Assembly (NCBI RefSeq): GCF_006345805.1
Contig: NC_043004.1
Coordinates: forward strand, 89,714,001-89,778,000
Length of the DNA: 64,000 nt
From: Octopus sinensis
Taxonomy: Eukaryota
Reading direction: 5' to 3'
In this document: positions 11,049 through 23,837 of the stretch, piece after piece
Numbering within the stretch: the first letter of the stretch is position 1
Layout: each line of letters opens with the position of its first letter
Program-made: the position numbers and the translations under genes
The notes under the pieces: generated by a model
Database searches by the model: none
What the model was told of the DNA's origin: nothing
The model's input: only the letters and a program-made list of their open reading frames with translations

Positions 11049-13625
11049 AAAACAAAATCTTTTCAAAATTTCAAATTTTCAAAAATCCTTCTTTTCTCTT
11101 TTTGTGTTTAGCCCCTTGTGGGTAGTGAAGAAATAGGAATAGCTACCTCATCCCCACCCCAACCCTATACAAACATTTTGGATGTTTTTTAAACTCGACA
11201 GCTCATTTCCGCTTGTTTGGGTGCTTGTTAAACCAGCAGAAAAAATGAGGAAGGCCTAAATATGGTTGCTTAATATGCTTGAAGTAGCAATTAAATCTCT
11301 GAAAAATATTTTCTGAAATTTCAGCTTTCTTTTTAAAGCAACCCCATCCATCCAGATATTGGAATAACAATAACTGCCACTCATTTGTGGACGCCTGTTG
11401 AACCAGCAGACGATATGAGGAAGGGTGTCAAAAAAGTGGTTTGATATGTTAGAAATAACAGTTAAAGCTCTGAAAAATAAGATTTAAAAACTTTTCACCT
11501 TTTTTTACATCATCCTTTCCCCAGTTTTCGGTATAATGACACTCGACCCACATGAATAAGGAATATTCCAGCGCAGTTGTTTCTACTCCCCCAACCAACC
11601 AACCAACCAAGGTACACTTTTTGTGTTTTTTATTTCTTGCCCCTTCTTCTCTTTAATTAACGTGAAGTTGAAATAGAGCTCTTGCATCCATATAATTCTG
11701 CTTTCTTCACCATTGTGCTGGACAAAGTTTAAATCGCGTCTAAAAACCAACCCGAAAACACCATTAAACCTCCAACCCAAAACAGTAATTTAATGTGAAT
11801 TCGTAATATTAAATATTCATTGCTTCTCCATTGACGCGTCTTAGATTCTTGCTATTGGATCCTGTTTCCAACCAAAAATGTTTCCTTACAACTTGGCTTG
11901 TTTCTTAGTTTTCAATTATAATTCCATTCTCATCCAGTATACATTATAGCAACGTTTGTGATTAAGATCATTTGTAACGTTCAGAGCCAAGTTTTAAATA
12001 CCTTGAAAACGAAGAGATACGCAGTGTGTTCAGTATGTTTTCTCGAATGTGAATGTTGTTAGACCCATATACCTCAAACTGGTCGACTCATTTTCTGTAC
12101 TGCTTACTGACTGGTGTCATTTAATTTCTCTACTGCTGCTTTATTAGTACCTTTTTCTTGTTGTCTCGGGCATTGGCATTTTTATATAATTTACTTTTGG
12201 TCAATTTACTAAATTTACTTTTTTACTAAATCCTTAAATCCTTAAAGATGTTTTAGCCCGAAGGCCGCGGCCATGCTGGGGCACCACCGCTGTTTAATTT
12301 TTTAATTAGTTTAATTTTTTTGAAAATCTTTCTTAGTTTTTATACTCTTTGCGTTTTGTCTCAATAACAGCTAGCTTTTTTGTCATAAAAAGCGTTATCT
12401 CTAAAAAGAGGGGATTAGCAGGAAAACAGAGTCTCAGGGGCGATAATATTTTAAATTAATTGAACCTGTACCACTACTGCACAAGAAGGGGAAGCACTAA
12501 ACTATTGCAGCTGAAGTTGGAAGTGAAAAAATATGTTTTTAGTTTCATTCAAATGTAAATTCCTTCTTTACATTCTAATCTCATAAGAGAAAAAAATATA
12601 CATGAAACTTCCTATATTTGCTCCCTATAAAATAAATATGGTGGATGATAGGAGGTGTTTGAAACACTTTTATATGTTGGAGATGGAGTTTGTCGGTTTA
12701 ATATTTAAAAATGCTCAGTACCTTCTTGTCATATTTTTCCAATTATAACTGAGCTGACATTTAGGCACATAGAAATATGACCTCATCTATTGGGGGAAGA
12801 GCGACTAGGATGCACTTTAACTTGCCTAGTAATAGTCAAATAGTTAGCAGTATCCCGTCAGCTCATAAATAATGAGAGATAAATAGCGTAATGGTTTCGG
12901 TGAAGTCTGCCTTCTTGCATTAAAAAATGAAAAATTATCCCCACTAGAGTAAACGGTATAGATTCTATGCTCAGGGGGCTCTGTGATTCTACACTCTTGG
13001 ACAATTGATACCTCAAAACTTCCCCCTTCCTGTACTCATGTCTTCTGTAGAGCTTGACCAACAAAGCTTCTTTCCCTTCAGTGGACAAAATTGGATTTCT
13101 TTCCCTCAGGCTCAGCATTCGGTATGATCACAATTACACACGTACGTGAGAAAGTACATGGGAAAAGAAAATTACCAGCACACTGCCCCAAGACACCTTC
13201 ATAATCTCTTTAATCTTTACCCTTTTTTCCATCTGTACTCACACAAAACGCACATCCTTAAAATTCAAATTCCAAATATGTATGTATATGTGTGTGTGGT
13301 GGTGGTGGTGGTTTGGTGGTGCACGCACGCGCGCGTATTTGTTCCGGCGTACATGCTGGGGCAGAGATCGGAAAGGATTTAGCCTATCAAATTAAACCAA
13401 GTATTTAAAGTCTGACATTTATTCTGTTGATTTTTTTTAAAAGAAAAACTAAGGCACAGAAACACAAACATAGCAACGCCGGTTGTAAAGCAATGAGAGA
13501 CAAATAGTTGCACTCATATATACTAGGCGTTGGACGGTCTCGGCAGGTACTAGCAGACACTTAACTAAGATATTACATAGTAAGACTGAGCTTAAAATCA
13601 CGCGGTCTTTAACCACACAGACATG

Positions 13626-13663
<38 letters not shown>

Positions 13664-13666
<3 letters not shown>

Positions 13667-13853
13667 ACCGCGTGTGCACCGTTGGCGATTTTTCCCCTCT
13701 GTCTTCCCTTCTCCTATGTTTCCGACGAAGAGCTCGGCTCGAAACGTTAAACCCTCCTTCTTCCCTTCCTTCCTGAGCGTCCAATAATACTATATTTGTT
13801 CCACGTCCTCGCGTTGTTGTGTTTTCTCTTTGTGTTTTCATGTTTGGATTAAC
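13664..13853 (+). mobile_element. Short hammerhead-bearing element, family H1 (Penelope solo-pLTR-like)
   Basis: About 190 bp with fixed ends gtgac...ggattaac. Homologous copies at 35155, 36883 and 42347. HHR-like motif at 13718-13752. Confidence 0.8.
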
Positions 13854-14119
13854 CTTTATATACACACACACACATATATATATGTATGTATATTTGTATG
13901 TATGTATATTTGCATGTATATGTGTATATTTGTTTGTATGTATGTGCTACTGAAGAGTTTCTGCAAACTGTTACACAGAATCCCACTGATCATCAGACAG
14001 TCGTGATTATTTGAAGCAATACTCACGACTGTCTGATGATCGGTTACGTGAAACTCCGAGTAACAATTCGCAAAGTCATTTCAGCTGGAATAAAATACAA
14101 TTTAACTTTATCTTTAAAT

Positions 14120-14526
14120 ACATACATACAATCATAGATACATACATACATACACACATACACACATACATATATTATGGCTGCCCCCTCGTTATCGAGT
14201 ATGGCCATTGCACGAAGCTTAACATTACTGGTGCTGTGATCGAATGTGACTTTTTAGCCCACCTAAAGATCTACATACATACATGCATACATACATACAT
14301 ACACACATACATACATACATATATACATGCATACATACAATCATACATACATACATACATACATACAATCATACATACATACATACATACAATCATACAT
14401 ACATACATACATGCATACATACATACATACATATATACAATCATACATACATACATACATACATATACATACATACATACATACATACATACATACATAC
14501 ATACATACATACATACATACATACAT
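14120..14526. repeat. (TACA)n microsatellite containing a 44-bp retroelement tail fragment (14179-14222)
   Basis: The 44 bp are identical to 31914-31957. Confidence 0.9.
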
Positions 14527-15045
14527 GAAACCAAGCATTGTCTTGGTGAAACAAGACCTCTTTCATCAGCTTTCCTTGGTGTTTGGTCTTGATAGCCTTT
14601 CGTAGTTGCCTCAGCACGTTGGCATAGTACTCTCCGTTGATAGTTTGGCCCGTTTGAAGACAGTTAATAGACACAATCTCTTTTGCATGCCGAAAAACTG
14701 AGTCCATCACTTTTCCTGCAGATGAAACGCTCTTGGGCTTTTTTTGGAGCAGGTGACGAGGGTGTTTCCATTGCATGGATTGTATCTGTCACTGGCTCAA
14801 AGTGATGAAGCCCACACTCATTCTCAGTAAAAAAAAAGTTCAAGGAAACCGGCTGGATCTGTTTCAAACAGTGTCATATTTTGCCGTGATGTGGACAGCC
14901 TAGTGTGCTTTTTATCAGGGGACAGAAGATGTAGCGTCCACAGAAACCTTCGTCATGCCAAGTTCATTGCGCAGAATATTCTCAACTCTCTCACAGGATG
15001 TGCTAACAGCGTGGGCTATTTGATTTATAGTCAATCGCCTGTCAT

Positions 15046-15270
15046 TATTTCTTTACTGCCCACAAGGGGCTAAACACAGAGAGGAAAACAAGGACAGACA
15101 CACGGATTAAGTCGATTACATCGACCCCAGTGCGTAACTGATTTAATCGACCCCGAAAGGATGAAAGGCAAAGTCGACCTCGGCGGAATTTGAACTCAGA
15201 ACGTAACGGCAGACGAAATACCGCTAAGCATTTTGCCCAAGGTGCTAACGATTCTGCCAGCTCGCCGCCT
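15046..15270 (-). mobile_element. SINE family B inserted in mariner
   Basis: Flanking direct repeat cgcctgtcat (15036-15045 / 15266-15275). Confidence 0.9.
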
Positions 15271-15308
15271 GTCATCCATCACCATGTGGTGAACACGATT
15301 AATGTTTT

Positions 15309-15495
15309 AAAGTGGAGGCGCGTGGCTTAGTGGTTAGGGTGTCAGCATCATGATCGTAAGATTGTGGTTTCGATTCCTGGAGCTGGCGACGCGTTGTGTT
15401 CTTGAGCAAAACTCTCTATTTCACGTTGCTCCAGTCGACTCAACTGGCAAAAATGAGTAACACTGCGATGGACTGGCGTCCCGTCCAGCTGGGGA
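15309..15495 (+). mobile_element. tRNA-headed SINE family C (CORE-like body) inserted in mariner
   Basis: Head gtggcttagtggttagggtg...gtttcgattcct and body gtgttcttgagcaaaac. 14-bp TSD acgattaatgtttt (15295-15308 / 15496-15509). Confidence 0.85.
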
Positions 15496-16125
15496 ACGAT
15501 TAATGTTTTCCTCTGTGTGGAACTTGCGGAACGTCCAGACAATTGTTCATCTTCAAGACTCTCTCTTCCCCTCCTAAATTCAGCAGCCCACTTTTGCTCT
15601 GTTCATAAAGCTGGAACGTCATAACCCAATGTAGCAACCATGTCAGCATGAATGTCTTTCTGGGCTAAAGTCTTTCTGCAGATACTTGATAAGACCACGA
15701 TGCCAAATTTTGTCTATTTTCAAGAGAAGTCACTACTAGTCACTTTTGAAGTCTTCCTTGAACAGTCAGATGTCAGTTTATCTCGTATGAAAAATGCAGT
15801 TATTAATAAGTTGATCTGGAATTAATGCACACAAGATTTAAAGGCGGTGCTCCAGCATGGCCGCAGTCAAATGACTGAAACAAGTAAAAGAATAAAAGAG
15901 TAAGATTTCACAGTTCTAGCATCACTCCTTCGTAGTATAAATTTCTCAGCCCATGTATATATCTATGTCGGTCTATTTATCTATACATACATACACAAAT
16001 GTGTGTGTTTGTGCGCTAGCGTCTGTGTGTGTAAGTGTATGTGTGTGTAATGCAATGTTAATAAAAGCCACGCAGGGTATCGATATATACAATATATACA
16101 GGCAGATAAACAAAAATATATATAT

Positions 16126-16287
<162 letters not shown>

Positions 16288-16370
16288 CAAATATATTAAT
16301 ATATACATACGTATACATATATATATATGATATATATACATGTATAATATATATATATATATACATACAT

Positions 16371-16770
16371 AGGCGCAGGAGTGGCTGTGTGGTAAGTAGC
16401 TTGCTAACCAACCACATGGTTCCGGGTTCAGTCCCACTGCGTGGCATCTTGGGCAAGTGTCTTCTGCTATAGCCCCGGGCCGACCAATGCCTTGTGAGTG
16501 GATTTGGTAGACGGAAACTGAAAGAAGTCTGTCGTATATATGTATATATATATGTATGTGTGTGTGTGTTTGTGTGTCTGTGTTTGTCCCCCTAGCATTG
16601 CCTGACAACCGATGCTGGTGTGTTTACGTCCCCGTCACTTAGCGGTTCGGCAAAAGAGACCGATAGAATAAGTACTGGGCTTACAAAGAATAAGTTCCGG
16701 GGTCGATTTGCTCGACTAAAGGCGGTGCTCCAGCATGGCCGCAGTCAAATGACTGAAACAAGTAAAAGAG
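16371..16770 (+). mobile_element. SINE family A, full length
   Basis: Matches the family consensus. Confidence 0.9.
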
Positions 16771-16983
16771 AAAAAAGAGAAAGAGAGATACATATATATA
16801 CTGTATATACATATAATATATATTTATACAGTATATATATATGTATATATATATATTGCCCCAGCATGGCCGCGGCCTTCGGGCTAAAACATTTTTAAGG
16901 ATTTAAGGATTATGTATATACAGTATATATATGTATATATATATATACATAATATATATATACATATATATATATATATATTA

Positions 16984-17062
<79 letters not shown>

Positions 17063-17114
17063 GTAAATGTAATATGTGACAGTTATTTCTTACCGTTTTT
17101 ATTATATATATATA

Positions 17115-17214
<100 letters not shown>

Positions 17215-17422
17215 ATACACACACCACATATATATATAATATTGATAAAAAACGGTAAGATAACAAAAGAAAGAAAGAGACCACGATATTATATAAATAG
17301 AGGAATTTATCTGTAAATGTGACAATTATTCGGTACCCAAGATAAAACTCCCTTATCTTTATGTTGGCGACCGAATAATTGTCACATATTACATTTACAG
17401 ATATATATCTCATACATATATT

Positions 17423-17607
17423 CGCCATGATAGATCGCTAGCCACTAAACCTTTTTTTATTTTCTCTCCCTGTTTATTTCTGTGTTCCTTTCTGTCGAAG
17501 AGCATAGGCTCGAAACGTAAAAGACTTTCTCACTTCCCGACCTTTAAGCTAATGCATGTTTGTTGTTTACACACCTGTCTTCGTCTTTTTGTTTTTTTTG
17601 TACATTT

Positions 17608-17611
<4 letters not shown>
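17423..17611 (+). mobile_element. Short hammerhead-bearing element, family H2
   Basis: Starts gccatgatagatcg. HHR-like motif at 17488-17523. Homologues at 19807 and 21121. Followed by (TA)n. Confidence 0.75.
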
Positions 17612-17657
<46 letters not shown>

Positions 17658-17721
17658 ATATATATATATCAGAAATATAAAATTTCTAATATCTCAGAGA
17701 GATATGTACGGTGGTGGGGCG

Positions 17722-18031
17722 ATAGAATGGTTGTATACTGTCAATCTAACGTGACAGTAGGGGATTACACCACCGCTGTTTAGCCCTAGGAAGCATCGAC
17801 GCTTCCTGATGGCTTCGACACATTTTTTTCCTGTGTCCTTATATATTTACGAAGGGGAGACTGGGGGTGTTTGTCCTGCTGGGGGTGTTTGTCTCCCCTT
17901 CGTAAATATATAAGGACACAGGAAAAAAATGTGCCGAAGCCATCAGGAAGCGTCGATGCTTCCTAGGGTTAATAAACAGCGGTGGTGTAATCCCCTACTG
18001 TCACGTTCACGTTAGATTGACAGTATACAAC

Positions 18032-18039
<8 letters not shown>
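17722..18039. repeat. Long fold-back (about 140-bp near-perfect arms, 29-bp spacer)
   Basis: 17722-17861 is the reverse complement of 17891-18039, apart from a few substitutions and small indels. Confidence 0.95.
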
Positions 18040-18108
<69 letters not shown>

Positions 18109-18555
18109 TCAGTTGCAGGATTCATTAGAATCTAGGTGCATCAAGTTGTATAGAGCGCTGGGATTGGCTGGGTATTTACCATTGAGTCTTCTGTACATTG
18201 AAGCAACTTTTAGTTGTCTGTTCGTAGGATACCGTAAGTATGTATATGTACAATCACACATCTGTCCGCATATATAAATATGCACGTAGAAAGATGCATA
18301 TATACGTATATACCCAATCCAATATAACTAATTATGATAAAACTTGAAAAAATAGGGTACTATCTAACTCACTTTCTCTATAAATTATGTTGTACTTACC
18401 CAAAATTTCACTTGTTCCACCATGGTGTTTAAAATTTATCTGATGATGGCGTTTTTGTTTTCTCATGAGGTAATCTAATGCATGAGTAGAATATTACTGA
18501 AACAGGTGAGGTGAATTTTGAACCTCACCTGTGTTCTTATATACATACATACATG

Positions 18556-18588
<33 letters not shown>

Positions 18589-18594
18589 TTAGAG

Positions 18595-18812
18595 AAAAAA
18601 CCCCATTAAACAATTCAATAATGAAAGATGTTATTCACACCATATCGAAAACATATACTATACAAACCTTATTCTAAAAATCGATAAAGTACAATGAATA
18701 GTAAATATTTATTGTACTTTATTGATTTTTAGAATAAGGTTTGTATAGTATATGTTTTCGATATGGTGTGAATAACATCTTTCATTATTGAATTGTTTTA
18801 ATAGAGGTTTTT
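18595..18812. repeat. Fold-back (about 100-bp arms, 15-bp spacer)
   Basis: attaaacaattcaataatg...aaagtacaat / attgtacttt...cattattgaattgtttaat. Confidence 0.95.
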
Positions 18813-19017
18813 TAAAAAAAAATGATATACATATTTTATATATTATGAAATTTCATTTAAAATTGTTAAATTGAATTTTTCCTTCTTAGTTTTGGAATTA
18901 TATTCCCTATTATTATTATTATTAACCCATGCTAGCATGGAAAGCGGACGTTAAACGATGATGATGAGATGATGAGATTTTATATATATACCTATATATA
19001 TATATATATAATATATT

Positions 19018-19062
<45 letters not shown>

Positions 19063-19339
19063 TATACATACATACATATATATGTGTGTGTGTGTGTGTA
19101 GAGCATTCAGTAATATCAAGTGTGATGAAATAAATGATAGGTATCCACAGCTAGTGGTCAAAGTTGACTTGCTATCGAAATCTCTAACTCGAGCTGTAAC
19201 TAAAAGCAGTGATGCACAACCTATTACTTCCTTCTTTTTATGATCTATACTCATGTAACAACTTAACCGTCATGTTTGATGATATGTCACAATCTTATAT
19301 GGTCCCAGTTGTTTTGCCTGTTTATATTTTCATCCTATG

Positions 19340-19372
<33 letters not shown>

Positions 19373-19458
19373 TGTATGTATGTATGTATGTATGTATGTA
19401 TGTATGTATGTATGTATGTATGTATGTATGTATGTATATATGCATGCATGCATGTGTG

Positions 19459-19492
<34 letters not shown>

Positions 19493-19690
19493 TGTATGTA
19501 TGTATGTATGTATGTATGTATGTCTATGTATGTATGTATGCATGCTTGCATCATGTATGTATGTATGTATGTATGTATGTATGTATGTATGTATGCAGTT
19601 TGTATGCATGCATGCATGTATGTATGTATGTATGTATGTAGTATGTATGTATCTATGCATGCATGTATGTATGTATGTATGTATGTATGT

Positions 19691-19725
<35 letters not shown>

Positions 19726-19732
19726 TCTATAC

Positions 19733-19806
<74 letters not shown>
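19340..19806. repeat. Long (TATG)n/(TA)n microsatellite
   Basis: Read directly. Source of many spurious YVCM/HTYI ORFs. Confidence 0.95.
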
Positions 19807-19808
<2 letters not shown>

Positions 19809-20001
19809 AGCCATGATAGATCGTTAGCTCCTACACGCATTTTTTCCTCTCCTTTTTTTTTTCTGTGTATCTTTCTGTTGAAGAGCGTAGGCTCGAAACG
19901 TAAGTACTTGTTCTATTTCTATTCCTGAGCGGCATACTATACATTTTGTTTGTTTTTACTCCACCTGCCTTCGTCTTTTGTTTATTTTCGTAAACCTTCC
20001 C
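19807..20001 (+). mobile_element. Family H2 element
   Basis: HHR-like motif at 19870-19907 with a damaged stem I. Confidence 0.75.
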
Positions 20002-21120
20002 GTTATATATATAATATATAATATATATATATATATATATAATAACGATCAATACATAAAAAATCATGAAGATGCTAGGTTCCAAGCGCTCCAATATTAC
20101 AATCCAAATAAAAGCAGTATTACATAACCTTACGATCGTTTCGAGTAAGCGTTTGTATTGGACGAGTTTTCCGCCGATACAAATAGTCGCATTTCCTCTC
20201 ATCAGATATATATATATATATATATACTTTTTTTTTTTTATATTAAAGCTTCAAAATTATGACTGAAGTGTGAAAATTTTGCAGCTTTAATAAAAATGTA
20301 TATTACTCTACGTTTGATATTCGAAATTCGAGTACTATTTTTTCCACCATATTTTGCACTTATGTGTCCACGTGTATGGACACACACACACACACACACA
20401 CACACCCACACACCCACCCCACACACACACACACACACACAACATGACTGAGTAATTATGAAGTATAGTTCAGTGCCTTGCAACTGTCCAGTTGCTTGAG
20501 TATGTGCACACCTACGGAAAGCATTTGGAGAGACGGAAATTATGACCGCTTCTTTTAGAGCAGTAATTCAATGCTAACGCTAACGCATACTTGTATCATA
20601 TTGAATCTACTTTGTTTAGGGAATACACGTTTCTGTGGAATACTCAGCAATATCCCATGCTGATTCACTGTATATTACACTATTACTTGAACAAATGAGT
20701 ACTCATATAACAAAATCGACATACATACGTATGTGAATGAATGCACGTATGAATATATATATATATATATATATACATACATATATGTACTTTTTATTAA
20801 AACTGAAAAAAATCTTCACAAACTGTTATTCAGTCTCACTTTACCGTTCGTCGGACAGTTACGATGATATTAAAATAAAAATTGTGATGGCATACGTAAT
20901 ATTACGTGTACGTTACGTGAAACTCTGAATAACAGTTTGTGAAAATGCTTTCAGCTTTAATAAAAAGTATATTACTCTATCTTTGGTATTCGAGTACTAT
21001 TTTTTTCATCTTGTTTCGCATTTATATGTGTATGTGTGTGTGTGTGTGTGTATTCATATGAACTATATGAATATTCATATACGTATATATATATATTTAT
21101 ATATATATATGCCCGAAGTC

Positions 21121-21429
<309 letters not shown>

Positions 21430-22076
21430 GAGAGAGACAGAGAGGCAAACAGACACAGAAACAGAGGGAAAATAGATACTCTGCTTCTATACAAAGTTTG
21501 ACCACTTTTGTTGGATGTACGCTTTTGGTTTTTGAGCACGTAAGTGATTTTTGAGCAATTTGAAATTTGCATTACAAACAGTGTAACTACGTCTCACCTC
21601 GAGTGATACAGAATTGTCTTGCCTGCTTTATGGATGTTTAAATGTGTTTTTAGAGAAACGCGAGACTTACATGTCATATTACAAACATGATATACGAGCA
21701 TATCTGGTGCAATGACATTCACGCACATTTGGGTCAACTGTATGAAGATGATCTCTGAGATGTGAAGTTAAATCAGTCTTCGAAACGTTGAGCAACTACT
21801 GAAGGATCACTTTAGCAAGGTGCTATTTTACATTAGATCTCTTGTTGTTTTTTGCACACTTTTCTTTGTTTCCTTCAAAACCTTTTACTCCAAGCCAGAA
21901 TTTTTCGGTATTTATTCCGGTCAGGAGCAGCAGACTCAACATCATTGTTGCCATATGTTCAACTCCCGGAGGCCGGCTTTTAATAAGTCTTCATATGTTA
22001 CTCTTTGGTTTCCACTGTCTTTGCTTCCCGAACAAGCATATATATAAAAGAAAACACTATACAAATATGCATATAT

Positions 22077-22365
22077 AGGCGCAGGAGTGGCTGTGTGGTA
22101 AGTAGCTTGTTTACCAACCACATGGTTCCGGGTTCAGTCCCACTGCGTGGCACCTTGGGCAAGTGTCTTCTACTATAGCCTTGTGAGTGGATTTTGTAGA
22201 CGGAAACTGAAAGAAGCCCGTCGTATATATGTATATATATATGTGCGTGCGTGTGTGTGTGTGTGTGTGTGTGTCTGTGTTTGTCCCCCCAGCATTGCTT
22301 GACAACCGATGCTGTTGTGTTTATGTCCCCGTTACTTAGCGGTTCGGCAAAAGCGACCGATAGAA
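22077..22365 (+). mobile_element. SINE family A, 3' truncated
   Basis: Matches the family consensus. Confidence 0.85.
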
Positions 22366-22466
22366 GAGTATATATGCATTATACCATTCACGTAAGTGTT
22401 TGGCGTGTGTGAGTGTATGTATGTATGTATGTATGTATGTATGTATGTATGTATATATAGTATTTC

Positions 22467-22640
22467 CTTCTTTTACTTGTTCCAGTCATTTGACTGCGGC
22501 CATGCTGGAACACCACCTTAAAGACTTTTTTTAGTTGAAGAAATCGATCCCGGGATCTTTTCTTTGTAATCCTAGTACTTATTCTATTGGTCTCTGTTAC
22601 TGAACCGCTAAGTTAGAGGGGCATAAACACAAATACGTAC
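22467..22640 (-). mobile_element. SINE family A, 3' portion
   Basis: Matches the family consensus. Confidence 0.8.
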
Positions 22641-22689
22641 ACACACACACATACACAGATGTACATACATATATATGCATGCATGCATG

Positions 22690-22745
<56 letters not shown>

Positions 22746-22750
<5 letters not shown>

Positions 22751-23006
22751 TAATACATTTCTAAATCTCTCAGAGAGATTTATGCAGTAGCAGCACGATA
22801 AAGTGATAGCATGTTGTCAACTTAATATGGCAGTCCCCATGAAAGGGAAGAAACTAGTCTCTGGATGGACTTTGCAGGGTGGAGGTGCTTATTTCCACTT
22901 TGAAAACAAGGACACAGAAAATGTGTCCAGTTCAACAGGCAACGGTGTTTCCTAGGGCTAAATAACAGTATGGACTGTCACATTAAGTTGACAACATACT
23001 ATCAGT
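22746..23006. repeat. Diverged relative of the 17722 fold-back element, with short terminal inverted repeats
   Basis: Shares tttctaa..tctcagagaga, aaggacacag...tgtg, ttcctaggg and ctgtcac..ttgaca. Arms gatagcatgttgtcaacttaa / ttaagttgacaacatactatc. Confidence 0.7.
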
Positions 23007-23007
23007 A

Positions 23008-23041
<34 letters not shown>

Positions 23042-23837
23042 AGGAGATGTGGAACACGAGTTGTGATATATAAAAAAGGAAATGAAAAAATGCTGACAAA
23101 ATAATTTAAGTATTTAATTAGGTGAAAGTTCTTTTTACCGTTGCGCATTTGTTATGCGCTTACAAAATATTTTTTAAAGAGAGATTAGAGTTCCTTTTCT
23201 GATAGATTTTTTCCTCTTATATATACATACATACATACGTGCATGCACACAAACATACACACACGCACGCGCGCGCGCACATAAATAAACACACATGTAC
23301 ACACCCATATATATATATACATACACACACACATATATATGTAACTGCCCGAAATAGTCGTGACTTCTGGTACTTGACTGATGAAAGAAAGCCAAAAATG
23401 ATCCGTCTTCTTTTGGCTGTCCTTCTAATTTTTGTTTCTCTTGTCCACCTATTTATCGTCTATCTGTCCGAACGTTTTAATGCCCTCTATTGCGTTTTTG
23501 TTCCATTATATATATATATTATATATATATTATATCGCTTTTTTTATCTGATTTGCAAGATCCTTTATGTGAATTTGTGTGTTGAAACAAACTGTGCTGT
23601 GTCTTGGTAAAGCCACACTGCCTTAATATCGAACACACACACCGGTTCAATTTCCACACCAAATAAAAGAATATAATATAATATAATATAATATAATATA
23701 ATATAATATAATATAATATAATATAATATATATATATGGATGTGTCTTCTACATATAGATTACACATACATGCGTGTATATATGTGAATAAGGATGTATG
23801 TAAATATGTGTAACTATAGTTTCTTTTACTTTTATTT

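Larger units (their letters stand above)
14527..15787 (-). mobile_element. Degenerate mariner transposon split by two SINE insertions
   Basis: QWKHP...SAGKVMDSVF...GQTINGEYYANVLRQLRKAIK...LFHQDNAW at 14527-14776. N-terminal DKIWHRG..KYLQ...KWAAEFRRG..SLEDE (frameshifted) at about 15510-15720. Confidence 0.85.

Noticed and set aside
11583-12060. Possible decayed transposase or recombinase on the minus strand
   Set aside because: Many stops and no motif I could assign with confidence.
12858-13118. 86-aa minus-strand ORF
   Set aside because: Short, with no homology recognised and no splice or promoter context.
21735-21795. Stem plus GAAACGUU on the plus strand
   Set aside because: The core has an insertion and stem I does not pair. 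Not counted.
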